Positions 1-9,227 are shown, counted from the first letter of the stretch. The stretch is 64,000 nucleotides of DNA from Chloroflexota bacterium (GCA_012719135.1 JAAYAW010000035.1:3799-67798), one strand, 5' to 3'. Made by a program: numbers and translations. The notes: generated by a model from the letters alone, not told the origin.

Positions 1-256
1 CGCCCACGAGGCCGGCCAGCAACCCCTGCCTCAGCGACCGGTTCATGTCGCCCACCAACCCGAGCGGCGGGGCAAACCGGGCGTTCAGCGCATAGGACAC
101 CGGGACCATAGAACAGACCACCGCGCCGGCAAACATCACCTCAAAGACCACCTGGTTCACCATGCTGGGAGGCTGGCGCTGCATAAATGTCAACAGCGCT
201 GCCCAGACGACCAGCGATAGCAGCGCCAGGACGACCATGATACTACGGTTGCGCAC
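1..256 (-). CDS. Hypothetical membrane protein, partial (continues upstream beyond window start)
   Basis: Minus-strand reading frame with AAGGAG RBS 6 nt before a GTG start at about 256. It translates as MRNRSIMVVLALLSLVVWAALL..., hydrophobic/TM-like, with high GC3. Not in the ORF track because it runs off the window. Lies 34 nt downstream of the isomerase gene stop. Confidence 0.45.
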   Translation of the reverse strand, partial: MRNRSIMVVLALLSLVVWAALLTFMQRQPPSMVNQVVFEVMFAGAVVCSMVPVSYALNARFAPPLGLVGDMNRSLRQGLLAGLVG

Positions 257-290
257 GGGGTACTCCTTGGCCACGGGCGGCGGTTTGCTG

Positions 291-1208
291 CTAGATGGCC
301 GACCAGGCCTCACGCCAGGTGCGCTTGGTGTGCGCCCAGATGAGCTCTGAGGTCTCCCCTGCCTGTGGCTTGACCTCGATCCCGACCCATGGCGTAACCC
401 CGTGGTTCTTCTTCTGGAGGTAGCCGACATGGAACAGGTTCTTGAGGAAATCCACCAGCTCGGGCACGTCGTTGGCGCTCTCGGGATAGCCAAAGCGCGG
501 GTGGAGATCGCCATAGGCAGGCTTGCCGGGGATCGTGACGGCGTTGCCCACGTGGATGTGAACCAGGTGAGGCTGCAGGGTGGTGAGCGCTTCGCGGGCG
601 GTCTCGCCGAGCAGCGGTTGGTGGCTCAGGTCGTACATCAGGCCGAACGTGGGATGATCCGCGCGCATGCGCTGCGCAAAGGCCGCCGAGAGATCCGAGG
701 GGCCCAGCAGCGCCTTCTTGTCGACTTCCCGGTCAAAGGTTTCGAGCGTCAGCGCCAGACCTTTGTCGCCGGCATAGGGGCACAGGGTGTTGAGCGAGGC
801 GGCGAGGGCGTCCAGCGCGCGGGGGCGATCGGCGTCGCCTGGATCGCGGCCGGTGAGAAAGGCGACGCGCGCACAACCCATCTCTGCCGCTTCGTCGATG
901 CAGGACCGGATGAGATCGACGGCCCTGGCACGGCCGGCCTCGTCCAGATCGTTCAGGCTCAGACCGGATGAGAGCAGCAGGGGCTGGGCGCCGAAGCCGA
1001 TCTTGAGGCCGCTCTGCAGCGCGATGCTGCGCACAGACGCCCGGTCCTCGGGGCTGGAGATCCGGGTGATCTCCACCGCGCCGAGAAAATCGTCCAGAGC
1101 GAGTTTCTCGATCGTCTCAACCACCGGCCCCCCGCCCGATTGCGTCTCGGGGAAGAGCATGAAATGCACCACGCTGAGAGTGAGGATCGATTCCCAGGAC
1201 TTTTTCAT
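291..1208 (-). CDS. Sugar phosphate isomerase/epimerase (xylose-isomerase-like TIM barrel) family protein
   Basis: ORF 291..1469. The likely start is the internal Met at aa 88 (MKKSWESIL...), whose ATG was verified at 1206-1208. The AP-endonuclease-2/xylose-isomerase-like TIM barrel sequence pattern is present (GLKIGFGAQP..., CIDEAAEMGCARVAF, TLETFDRE). Confidence 0.7.
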   Translation of the reverse strand: MKKSWESILTLSVVHFMLFPETQSGGGPVVETIEKLALDDFLGAVEITRISSPEDRASVRSIALQSGLKIGFGAQPLLLSSGLSLNDLDEAGRARAVDLIRSCIDEAAEMGCARVAFLTGRDPGDADRPRALDALAASLNTLCPYAGDKGLALTLETFDREVDKKALLGPSDLSAAFAQRMRADHPTFGLMYDLSHQPLLGETAREALTTLQPHLVHIHVGNAVTIPGKPAYGDLHPRFGYPESANDVPELVDFLKNLFHVGYLQKKNHGVTPWVGIEVKPQAGETSELIWAHTKRTWREAWSAI

Positions 1209-1311
1209 TCGGCGCCCTCCTGTCGCATAGGACTGCATTGTTCGCGAGTGTACCACGGGGGCACAGGCGTGTCCAGAAGGGCCGGCGACGGCCTGAGTGA
1301 CCGGCTTGGAG

Positions 1312-2715
1312 CTAGCGGCTGACGCGGGCTGCCTCCTCGGTGGGATCGTGGTTGATGCCCACGAAGAGGATGGCTCCGGTGCTATCGTCCTGAAGGACAT
1401 AGAGGAAGGGCCGGTCCGCGAGAAAGGAGAAAGGCTCCTCTGGTGCCGCCGCCTGTGCGCGCAACTCAATCGAGGTGACCGCGGCCGCCTCCGTGCCCTG
1501 CTCGTTCACCTCCACGAAGGACTTGTGGAGGACACCATCGATCCAAGTGGGCTGGTCCATCTCGTGAATCCGGGAAAAGTCGGCTTCGCCTGGGATAAAG
1601 GCACGCTCCATCCCCATTGCCGCCAGCGCGTCATTCAGGCGCGCCTCGAACGACAGCGTGAATCGCGGCAGCGAGACGGTGCCGTCCTTGCGGGTGAGCG
1701 CGCCGACAAGCGCCTGCCACCCACTGGCATCCAGATCATCGAGCCAGGCATCCAGGCTCGTGCCATCCGCGGGTAGCACCGCGATCATACTGAGGCGCCC
1801 CCCGCTGTACGGCAGGCGGACGGCCTGGTAGTCGCCGGAGCGGGCGTATTCCCAGGATCCATAGCGGCTCATCATCAAGGCCTGCACTTGGGCGCCGTCG
1901 GCGCGGGTGAAGGCTTCTTCCGACGTAAGAGACTCATCGAAGGGGGTTTCCCAATCACCCTTAAAGTACACCGCGTTCATGATAAACAGGATCGCGAGAG
2001 GGTCGATGGGTGGGGTAACGATCTCTGTGATGCGCCCGCGGGTTTGGTCGGCAACCCAGCCGTTCATCACGTCAGCCGCCTCGGAGGAGCTGAAGTCCAG
2101 CCCGGACACCCGGGCACCAAAGTACCGCGCCACCGTATCGAGAAAAGTCGTGCGAAAGGGCAGCCCCTGGCGGAGCCAGAGTGCGTTGGCGATATCCAGC
2201 TCAACGCCCAGATCGTCACCGTCGAGCGCCTGGCCAAGGCCGGCGAAGGCCTGGTTGGCAGCCTTCTCGTCCCACCCCTGGAGATGCAGGGCGGCGCGGA
2301 TCCCCTCCTGGGTTTCCCCGCTCGCGCCGTTCGCGGCCATTCCCAGAGCCAACGCGACGCTCACCGGCGAGATGAAGAGGTTCGTTCCTGGCTCCGAGGC
2401 GGCACGGAGCCGTTTCAGCAAGTCCAGCCCCATGGCATTGGCGGAAACGATCTGATCGGGGTTCACAGGATGGTCCTCCAGTTCGCGAGTTTCAGCGTCC
2501 GGGCGGGCGCTGGCCTCAACAGCAGGAGTGCCGGTAGCCGTCTCTCGTGAGGGATCGGCCGCCGCACCCGTTGCAGCCGGGCTTGAGCGGGCGGTGTCGG
2601 TGCTCGATGGTGTGGTCTGGGCCGGCTCTGGCTGGGCATCCGCAGGCGTTTGGCAAGCGTTGACCACAATGGCGAGGGCCAGCAGAAACATGAGTAGTCG
2701 ACTACGGCGTGCCAT
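1312..2715 (-). CDS. Serpin (serine protease inhibitor) with N-terminal signal/lipoprotein-like peptide
   Basis: 467 aa. Canonical serpin motifs are present: FISPVSVALALGMAANGA, NAVYFKGDWETPF, the reactive-centre-loop hinge GTEAAAVTS, and C-terminal FLADRPFLYVLQ. N-terminus is MARRSRLLMFLLALAIVVNAC (signal peptide with Cys). Confidence 0.85.
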   Translation of the reverse strand: MARRSRLLMFLLALAIVVNACQTPADAQPEPAQTTPSSTDTARSSPAATGAAADPSRETATGTPAVEASARPDAETRELEDHPVNPDQIVSANAMGLDLLKRLRAASEPGTNLFISPVSVALALGMAANGASGETQEGIRAALHLQGWDEKAANQAFAGLGQALDGDDLGVELDIANALWLRQGLPFRTTFLDTVARYFGARVSGLDFSSSEAADVMNGWVADQTRGRITEIVTPPIDPLAILFIMNAVYFKGDWETPFDESLTSEEAFTRADGAQVQALMMSRYGSWEYARSGDYQAVRLPYSGGRLSMIAVLPADGTSLDAWLDDLDASGWQALVGALTRKDGTVSLPRFTLSFEARLNDALAAMGMERAFIPGEADFSRIHEMDQPTWIDGVLHKSFVEVNEQGTEAAAVTSIELRAQAAAPEEPFSFLADRPFLYVLQDDSTGAILFVGINHDPTEEAARVSR

Positions 2716-2817
2716 AGAGCCTCCTTAGAATCAGCGTACCGCATATCTTTCAGACGTGCGAGCGCCTCCGGGGGTTCCTGAGGGGGGACTCGGGCGACAG
2801 TAGGGGCGCGGCCGCCG

Positions 2818-2846
2818 TTGACATGACGCTCCGGGCGCCCTATACT
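2818..2846 (+). promoter_or_regulatory. Sigma70-like promoter for argJ (TTGACA, 17-nt spacer, TATACT)
   Basis: TTGACA at 2818-2823, 17-nt spacer, TATACT at 2841-2846, about 37 nt upstream of the argJ ATG at 2883. GGGAGG Shine-Dalgarno at 2875-2880. Confidence 0.5.
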
Positions 2847-2882
2847 CGCGCGGAGTTCGGACGGTAAGGCTGGCAGGGAGGA

Positions 2883-4124
2883 ATGGCGGATATGGCATTT
2901 CATGTGCGGCTGTTGCCGGGGGGATCGGTGACCTCGGTTCAGGGATTCGAGGGGGCAGGCGTTGCGGCAGGCATCAAGGCCTCCGGCAAGCTGGATCTCG
3001 CGCTGGTGCGCTCGACCAGGCCCTGCACCGGCGCCGCGCTCTTTACGACCAACTTGTTCAAGGCCGCGCCCGTGGTGTACGACCAGGAGGCGATCCTGCG
3101 GAACCCGACGACGCAGCGAGGCGTGGTGATCAACAGCGGTTGCGCCAATGCCTGCACAGGCGAGCGTGGTCTGCACGATGCGGAGGGCATGGCTGCTGCG
3201 TTGGCGCACCACCTGGGGGGAGCCGCGCAGGACTATCTCGTCATGTCCACGGGCGTCATTGGTCAGCCGCTGCCGATGGACAAGGTGCTGGCGGGGATCG
3301 AGCAGGCCGTTCCGGCGCTGGCGGGCGGCGTGGATGCCGGGCACCAGGCGGCCCTCGCCATCATGACGACCGATACGGTACCCAAGGAGGTAGCCGTGGA
3401 GGTGTCCGGTGAGGGTGTGTCGTTTATCATCGCCGGCATGGCCAAGGGCGCGGGGATGATCAGCCCCAACATGGCCACGATGCTGGCCACCATCACGACC
3501 GATGCGCGCATCGGCCCGTTGCCCGCGCGCGCGGCTCTGGTGGAGGCGGTGGACGAAAGCCTGAACATGATCACCATCGACGGCGATATGAGCACCAACG
3601 ATACGGTGCTGCTCCTGGCCAACGGCATGGCCGAGATGCCTGCGATCAGCTCAACCTCTTCTCCTCTGTACCAGGCGTTCCTCGCGGGCTTGAAAGAGGT
3701 CGCTGTGAGCCTGGCCAAGAACCTGGTGCGCGATGGTGAAGGCGCCACGCGCTTTATCGAGATCGCCGTAACCGGGGCGCGCAATCGGGCCGAGGCCCGG
3801 CAGGTGGCCATGTCGGTCGCAAAATCCGTGCTCTTCAAGACGGCTATCTACGGCCAGGACGCGAACTTTGGCCGGATCGTCTGCGCCATCGGGTACGCGG
3901 GTGTTCCGCTGGATCCGGGCTCTGTGAGAGTGTGGATGGGCGATCTGGAGCTGGTGCGCGACGGCGGGCCGTATCAAGTCGATGAGGGCCGCGCCAGCGA
4001 GATCCTCGCCGAACGCGAGATCAGCGTACGCATCGATCTCGGGCTGGGCGATGGAGAGGCAACCGTCTGGACGAGCGATCTCTCCCATGCCTATGTGGAT
4101 ATCAACGCCCACTACCGAACCTAG
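2883..4124 (+). CDS. argJ: Bifunctional glutamate N-acetyltransferase / amino-acid acetyltransferase ArgJ (ornithine acetyltransferase)
   Basis: 413 aa. Carries the ArgJ self-cleavage/active-site signature ...GMISPNMATMLATITTDARI... with the catalytic Thr after ATML. Overall ArgJ length and N-terminal KGF-like motif (VQGFEGAGVAAGIK). Confidence 0.9.
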   Translation: MADMAFHVRLLPGGSVTSVQGFEGAGVAAGIKASGKLDLALVRSTRPCTGAALFTTNLFKAAPVVYDQEAILRNPTTQRGVVINSGCANACTGERGLHDAEGMAAALAHHLGGAAQDYLVMSTGVIGQPLPMDKVLAGIEQAVPALAGGVDAGHQAALAIMTTDTVPKEVAVEVSGEGVSFIIAGMAKGAGMISPNMATMLATITTDARIGPLPARAALVEAVDESLNMITIDGDMSTNDTVLLLANGMAEMPAISSTSSPLYQAFLAGLKEVAVSLAKNLVRDGEGATRFIEIAVTGARNRAEARQVAMSVAKSVLFKTAIYGQDANFGRIVCAIGYAGVPLDPGSVRVWMGDLELVRDGGPYQVDEGRASEILAEREISVRIDLGLGDGEATVWTSDLSHAYVDINAHYRT

Positions 4125-4140
4125 AGCGCGGCCGCAGCAC

Positions 4141-4173
4141 GCGGGGGGAGCCGGGTTGTCCGGCTCCCCCCGC
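4141..4173. terminator. Bidirectional GC-rich hairpin terminator between convergent argJ and hydrolase genes
   Basis: Perfect 14-bp stem GCGGGGGGAGCCGG / CCGGCTCCCCCCGC with a 5-nt loop GTTGT. It sits 17 nt after the argJ stop and 19 nt after the minus-strand hydrolase stop at 4192. No U-tract, as usual for high-GC genomes. Confidence 0.55.
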
Positions 4174-4191
4174 GTCACGTCAGGACGGCGC

Positions 4192-5013
4192 TCAGTGGCC
4201 GGCCAGCCAGGTGGTGAGCCGGTCCATGAACACCTCCCAGCGATCGCGCTGGAGGTTGTGCCCGGCACCGTTGATGTGCAGCAGGTTGCCCTCCTTCCAC
4301 AGGCCGGTGGCCTCGATCGCGGCCTCCCACTCGGTATGTGACCCGAGCCCGGGATCGGCGATCATCAGGAGCATCGGGCAATCGACGGCGGCAATGATCT
4401 CCTGCCAGGGCCGTTTGTCCTGGGCGAAAAACCGGCCGTACTCTGGCGAGACCTGTAGCTTGCTCGCCGCCCATGGTGCGCGCTCCAGTTCGTGCCAGTT
4501 GGGGCTCTCTTTCGACAGGCGCGCCAATAGCCCCTCCATGCCGAGAGCGCGCATCTCCTCTACGCCCGCGCGCGAACGCGCTATGCGCTCCTCCGCGCCC
4601 TCCGAGGAGCCGCGGTAGGGCCCCCCATTGGAGATGAACCCGGAATCGAGAATCACCAGGCTGCGCGCCGTGCCCGGGTGATCCGCCACGCAGTTGGCCG
4701 AGATCTCCCCGCCCATGGAGTGGCCCACGAGGTGTGGCCGGTCCAACTCCAGGCCCACGATCAGTCCGGCGAGGTCGTCGCCCGAAAAGCGCGGCCCATA
4801 CTCGCTGCTGGGCTTGTCCGACAGGCCGTGGCCGCGGGCGTCCACCATGATCACGTCATAGTCCCCTTGCAGGGCCAGTGCGGTGCGCGTCCAGCAAAGG
4901 CCGCTATCCGTCGCGCCGTGGGAGAGCACAACCGGAAGCCCGCCTCCGCCGGTGCGCCAGTAGTGCATGCGTATGCCGTTGGTGTTCACATAGCCGGACT
5001 GCCAATCTCTCAT
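4192..5013 (-). CDS. Alpha/beta hydrolase fold protein
   Basis: 273 aa. HGxxDS-type oxyanion region (VLSHGATDSG), nucleophile elbow GHSMGG, and a C-terminal His region (NGAGHNLQRD). Confidence 0.75.
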   Translation of the reverse strand: MRDWQSGYVNTNGIRMHYWRTGGGGLPVVLSHGATDSGLCWTRTALALQGDYDVIMVDARGHGLSDKPSSEYGPRFSGDDLAGLIVGLELDRPHLVGHSMGGEISANCVADHPGTARSLVILDSGFISNGGPYRGSSEGAEERIARSRAGVEEMRALGMEGLLARLSKESPNWHELERAPWAASKLQVSPEYGRFFAQDKRPWQEIIAAVDCPMLLMIADPGLGSHTEWEAAIEATGLWKEGNLLHINGAGHNLQRDRWEVFMDRLTTWLAGH

Positions 5014-5291
5014 GGAAGGGGCTCCCTCTCTGGGTGGACTGCATGGCCGGCGACACCGGCTCCGTTCAGGATCTCCAGCCCAGTCTAGGTCGGGCCCGGG
5101 GGAACGTCAACGGCAGGGCGGCAGCGGGCGAGGCTGAAGCCTGAAAGGCCAAATGGGCAAGGGCCAGCGGGCCGAGCCCGGGGACGCCAGGAGGGGAAAA
5201 GAAAACGCCAGCCCTTGCGGCGCCTTGCCGTAGGTGCTGACCGGTGATCATGACCAGCAGCTATGCCGGTCGATTCGGTTGTGCGTACTGC

Positions 5292-5450
5292 CTACCAGGG
5301 CATGTGGAAGAGGTCTTCGTACTTGCTGGTATGGCTGGGCTCGCGCTCCACCAGGAGCACGCCGACGACGATCTCCAGCGCCCGCCTGGCCACCTGAGCC
5401 GCGCCCGCAATAGGGCGGGCCATCCGCGTTTCGGTCTGTCTGAGTTCCAT
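5292..5450 (-). CDS. Small hypothetical protein (52 aa)
   Basis: Minus-strand ATG at 5448-5450 preceded by a strong SD (GAGAGGAGAGAAAC-ATG). High GC3 (~84%), in contrast to the overlapping plus-strand ORF 5244..5690. Translation: MELRQTETRMARPIAGAAQVARRALEIVVGVLLVEREPSHTSKYEDLFHMPW. Confidence 0.35.
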   Translation of the reverse strand: MELRQTETRMARPIAGAAQVARRALEIVVGVLLVEREPSHTSKYEDLFHMPW

Positions 5451-5585
5451 GTTTCTCTCCTCTCAGAGTCCGGCGATGTCCGGACACCATCGGTTAGCAT
5501 ACCACGTACGCCGCGCAAGTGCAAATCGAGCGTTGCGGCCTCACGCGAATCTCTGGGACCCTGCAACGGAGGACGCCGTACCGCT

Positions 5586-6224
5586 TTAGGCGCCCGCCGC
5601 GGCCTCTTCGGCAGCATGAACCTTCTCCAGGTGCGCGCGTTCGTCCAGAGAGAGGATCCTCGCGCCGGAAGGGGTGAGGAGCACTCGTGAAAGCGACGCC
5701 GTCCCCACCACCGGTCGCCTGGCGGCAGCTTCTCCGCCGGCGAGCAGCGCGATCAGCACCCGCAGGCAGGCCCCGTGGCTGACGAGGGCGATCCGCTCCT
5801 CGGAAGGACGGTTGGCAAGCTCCTCCAGGAGCGCGGAAACCCGACTGGCGACGGCCGGTTCCGGCTCGCCACCCATCTCCTCCGGCACATAGCCGCCATG
5901 GCGCCAGGCCTCCAGCGTGGAGGGGTATCGCTGCGCGATCTCAGCCATCGTGCGCCCCTCCCAGGTACCGTAGCTGATCTCTCGCAGGCGAGGCTCGGGG
6001 GTAACGGTGAGGTGATGCCGTGCGGCGATGGCCTGCGCCGTCGCCATGGCGCGCGCGAGATCGCTGGAGTAGATGGCTTCCAGCGGCTCGGACGCCAGCC
6101 GTTGGGCGACGGCGGCCGCCTGCAGCTGCCCCGTGGCGTTCAACGGGCGATCCGCCCGGCCTTGAAGCCGATGCTCGGCGTTCCAGTCAGTCTGTCCGTG
6201 GCGGACGAGATACAGCAGTGGCAA
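5586..6224 (-). CDS. Histidine phosphatase family protein (phosphoglycerate-mutase-like)
   Basis: 212 aa. LYLVRHGQTDWN catalytic RHG motif, then ...SSDLARAMATAQ... and ISYGTWEGRT, with a C-terminal SHG. Typical PGM/cobC-like phosphatase. Confidence 0.8.
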   Translation of the reverse strand: MPLLYLVRHGQTDWNAEHRLQGRADRPLNATGQLQAAAVAQRLASEPLEAIYSSDLARAMATAQAIAARHHLTVTPEPRLREISYGTWEGRTMAEIAQRYPSTLEAWRHGGYVPEEMGGEPEPAVASRVSALLEELANRPSEERIALVSHGACLRVLIALLAGGEAAARRPVVGTASLSRVLLTPSGARILSLDERAHLEKVHAAEEAAAGA

Positions 6225-6362
6225 ATGGCTCCTTTCCTATATCGTGGTGTTCCTGGCGGTGTCGCGCCTCCCGCGACCGTGGAAAGTATAGCAGGGCCGT
6301 GCTATCGCCCGATCAACGGCATGTTAAGGCTCTGGAAAGACAGCCTCGCTCCAGGCATGACG

Positions 6363-6391
6363 ACGGCCGGGTACCCGTGAGGCCCGGCCGT
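6363..6391. terminator. GC-rich stem-loop downstream of sugar-kinase gene (candidate terminator)
   Basis: ACGGCCGGG ... CCCGGCCGT inverted repeat around an internal GGGTACCC palindrome. It lies 15 nt past the minus-strand stop at 6406-6408. No U-tract. Confidence 0.3.
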
Positions 6392-6405
6392 GAGGCGCGC
6401 CCTGC

Positions 6406-7800
6406 CTAGCGTGTGCCGCGCAGCAGTTGGATCATCCGGGCGAGCGACTCGGGCTCACCCACGTTCCCCGGGAAGACGACATAATCCATGGCCGGCCAGC
6501 GCGCTTCCGGCCCCGTACGCCATATTGGAACACCCGGGATCGCCTGCCCGCGTACCCAGGCGCGGCGAATGCCCAGCGCCTCGGTGGCAATGTCCGAGGA
6601 GGTGATGCCTCCTTTGGCAACGATCCAGGCGGGCTGAATCGCCAAACCCGCGACGAGATCGACGAGCGCTTGAGACACCTGTCTCCCGGTGTCCAGCGCG
6701 CTTCCGCCGGAGGCCTGCACGCGTTCCCGGCTGGTGTGCACGAGGGCATCGCGCCCGGCTGCCATCGCACCGGCGGCGGCCGCACGCGCGGCGTCGATCA
6801 CGGCGCTGGGGGAACCCGTGAACAGGCCCGGAACATCCAGTTCCACCGGCTCCACGCCCTTTAGGGCGCGCGCTGCCTTGATCTGCTCCGTCGTGCGGCG
6901 GACGTAGGACCCCGCGATGATGAGTCCTCCGCGGCGACCGCCCAAGTCAGCCGCGGTGAGCAGAGGCGCCGGATCCAGCCCTCCGCGCACGCGCACAAAG
7001 GACGCGGCCGTCCGGCAGAGGTAGCGCCGGCCCTGGGCCTCCGAGGCGAGCAGCGCGGCCACCAGAACCTCGAGATCTCGGTAGCACGTCGCATTGACGA
7101 TGCAGGGTTGGGCGTTCTCCAACTCGCTGAGGCAGATCTCGACACGTCGGGGCCCGCCGCCGCGCAGATCCGCGAGGGAGATGGACGCCACGGTGTCCGG
7201 ACTGCAGCCGCACCTCTCTGCGACCCACTGTCGCAAATTGCTGGAGGTGTATCCGAACACCGGATCGCGGGCGTACTCGGTATCGGCCGCCGGGATCAAC
7301 CAGCCGCCCTCCCGGACATAGTGCACATCATCGATAGTGTAGCGGCCACCCTCTTCGAAGAAGGGAACGAGCAGTATGCCGTCCACGGGCAGACCACTGG
7401 CCATCATCAGAGCGTCGGTCTCTGCGGGAAAGTGGCCGCGCAGGGTCGAGTCACTCCGGCTGACCAGCACATAATCCCGTCCCACGTCGGCGGCGGCAGC
7501 CTGCAGGTTCCGGGCGATCTCTGCGCTGCGCGCTGCGGCGGCCTCGCGCTCCAGGCTCCGGGAGTTGGTCAGAATGTAGAACAGGCTGGAGGGGTCGCGC
7601 AGTTCACCGGCCAGGGCCTGAGTGGACCAACCGGTCAGCACGGGCACGCCATGCACCGTCTGGGTGCCGGTCGGGTCGTCATCCAGTACGACGACCTTGG
7701 CTGCATCCGCCACGTGAGCCTGGATGAGCGGCAGCAGGGGCACATGCCATTCGGGCGGGAGCGCGTTCAGGAAGGTTTGGCTATGGATCGGCATCGGCAC
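6406..7800 (-). CDS. Four-carbon acid sugar kinase family protein (DUF1537/DUF4392; OtnK-like)
   Basis: 464 aa. N-terminal nucleotide/sugar-binding signature VVLDDDPTGTQTVHGVPVL, size and two-domain layout typical of 3-oxo-tetronate/four-carbon-acid kinases. Confidence 0.7.
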   Translation of the reverse strand: MPMPIHSQTFLNALPPEWHVPLLPLIQAHVADAAKVVVLDDDPTGTQTVHGVPVLTGWSTQALAGELRDPSSLFYILTNSRSLEREAAAARSAEIARNLQAAAADVGRDYVLVSRSDSTLRGHFPAETDALMMASGLPVDGILLVPFFEEGGRYTIDDVHYVREGGWLIPAADTEYARDPVFGYTSSNLRQWVAERCGCSPDTVASISLADLRGGGPRRVEICLSELENAQPCIVNATCYRDLEVLVAALLASEAQGRRYLCRTAASFVRVRGGLDPAPLLTAADLGGRRGGLIIAGSYVRRTTEQIKAARALKGVEPVELDVPGLFTGSPSAVIDAARAAAAGAMAAGRDALVHTSRERVQASGGSALDTGRQVSQALVDLVAGLAIQPAWIVAKGGITSSDIATEALGIRRAWVRGQAIPGVPIWRTGPEARWPAMDYVVFPGNVGEPESLARMIQLLRGTR

Positions 7801-7818
7801 CTCGTTCCCAATCTCCCT

Positions 7819-8457
7819 CTAGAAGGCGATAAAGGTGTCCACCACGTCCGCATCGACGAGGTGATGCCTGTCGTTGACAGACATGACCACGCTGCGCGCG
7901 GGAGTGAGTTGTACGATGGATAGCGAAGCGGTATCGACCCGCACGCGCCGGGAGTAGCCCTGCGGGACCGACAAGGCCAGGCACAGGAGGGCCCGGATCG
8001 AACCACCATGTCCGACGACCACGATCTGCTCGTCCTCGGGGCGCGCCCGCAATTCGTCCAGCAACTCGCTGACCCGTGCCGCCACCTGCTCGACACTCTC
8101 CCCGTTGACGGGAGCCACGGCCACGGGCTCTGTCATCCAACGGTCCACGACCTCCGGATAGAGCACGCGCAGCTCATCCATGGTCCGTCCCTCCCAATCG
8201 CCATAGTCGGCCTCGCGGAGGCGGGAGTCGGCATGGACCGGCAGACCATGGCAGCCGGCGATGGCCCGGGCGGTGTCCATGGCGCGCGTGAGGTCTGAGG
8301 AATAGACGGCGTCGATGCGCTCGGAGGACAGACGGTCGGCGATCAACTCGGCCTGTCTGCGTCCGGATTCGGTGAGGTGAGATTGTGCGTGCCCCTGGAT
8401 CCGCCCGAGCGCGTTCCAGTCTGTCAACCCGTGCCGAACAGCATAGAGACGTGGCAA
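7819..8457 (-). CDS. Histidine phosphatase family protein, paralog of 5586..6224 (TTG start)
   Basis: ORF 7819..8802 is over-extended. The conserved domain begins at LPRLYAVRHGLTDWN. AGGAGG sits 7 nt upstream of a TTG at 8455-8457. It is collinear with and ~45% identical by eye to the 5586..6224 product (SSDLxRAMxTA, DYGxWEGRTM, VxHGG). Confidence 0.7.
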   Translation of the reverse strand: MPRLYAVRHGLTDWNALGRIQGHAQSHLTESGRRQAELIADRLSSERIDAVYSSDLTRAMDTARAIAGCHGLPVHADSRLREADYGDWEGRTMDELRVLYPEVVDRWMTEPVAVAPVNGESVEQVAARVSELLDELRARPEDEQIVVVGHGGSIRALLCLALSVPQGYSRRVRVDTASLSIVQLTPARSVVMSVNDRHHLVDADVVDTFIAF

Positions 8458-8615
8458 GGTGGGTCCTCCTTCCTGCCGGGTGCTCCAGGCGACGGTACGC
8501 GCCGGGCTGGCGCCAACCCAGAGCCCTGGTCGAGCATACTCAGAAGGAGCGTGGGGGCAACTCCACCATGCCCTGCCCTGGCCCTGCTCGCAAGTTCCTC
8601 GCGGCGGCTGGCAGC

Positions 8616-9227
8616 CTAGTACTCCATTCCCGCGCGTGCCGCCACGCCGCTGTGAAAGGGATGCTTGACCTCCACCATCTCGGTGACCATGTCCGCAAGG
8701 TCGAGGATCTCTGGCACGGCGTCTCTCCCGGTGATGACGACGTCCACCCCCGCCGGCCGGTGCTGCCGCAGCCATGCCGCCACCTCCTCGGGTGCCAGCC
8801 ACCCGTAGCTGAGAGGATAGGTGAACTCATCCAGCACCACGAGATCGTACTCGCCCCCGGCGATGATCTCGCGGGCCAGCGCCCAACCAGCCAGAGCACG
8901 CTCGCGATCCCGCGTTTGATCACGCGCGGTGAAGGTGAACCCGGCGCCGACGGCATGCCAGCGAATGCCCAGACGCTCGGCGGCCATGGTCTCCCCCCAG
9001 CGTGCCCGCTCCTCTTTGATGAACTGGACCACACAGGGGCGCAGGCCGTGTCCCCAGGCGCGCAGGACAAGGCCCAGGGCAGCGGTCGTCTTGCCCCGGC
9101 CGTGGCCGGTATAGACGATGACCAGGCCCTGGTGCGGCTTTTGCGGCTGGCTACGAGCAGCCCCGGCAGCGAGCGGGCGATCCGGATCGGCTGGCAACGG
9201 GCTCTGGACAGAACGCACGGACGGCAT
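8616..9227 (-). CDS. cobO: Cob(I)yrinic acid a,c-diamide (cobalamin) adenosyltransferase, CobO/BtuR/CobA family
   Basis: Start at the internal Met (ATG verified at 9225-9227). P-loop YTGHGRGKTTAALG, then VVQFIKE..W.GE and DLVVLDEFTY..SYGWL motifs. Confidence 0.85.
   Translation of the reverse strand: MPSVRSVQSPLPADPDRPLAAGAARSQPQKPHQGLVIVYTGHGRGKTTAALGLVLRAWGHGLRPCVVQFIKEERARWGETMAAERLGIRWHAVGAGFTFTARDQTRDRERALAGWALAREIIAGGEYDLVVLDEFTYPLSYGWLAPEEVAAWLRQHRPAGVDVVITGRDAVPEILDLADMVTEMVEVKHPFHSGVAARAGMEY

Noticed and set aside
162-350. 62-aa plus-strand ORF at window start
   Set aside because: It overlaps the better-supported minus-strand membrane-protein frame (AAGGAG RBS + GTG at 256) and the isomerase gene 3' end. 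Composition is non-coding-like.
5244-5690. 148-aa plus-strand ORF between hydrolase and phosphatase genes
   Set aside because: Low GC3, no RBS, and it runs into the phosphatase gene on the other strand. The antisense 52-aa frame with a strong SD is preferred.
7819-8802. Long N-terminal extensions of ORFs 7819..8802, 8616..9470, 9337..10764, 12722..16186, 51138..53606, 36572..39112
   Set aside because: The extensions are Arg/Gly-rich, overlap upstream genes in another frame and precede the conserved domain starts. Internal ATG/GTG/TTG codons with good Shine-Dalgarno spacing give gene lengths that match family norms.
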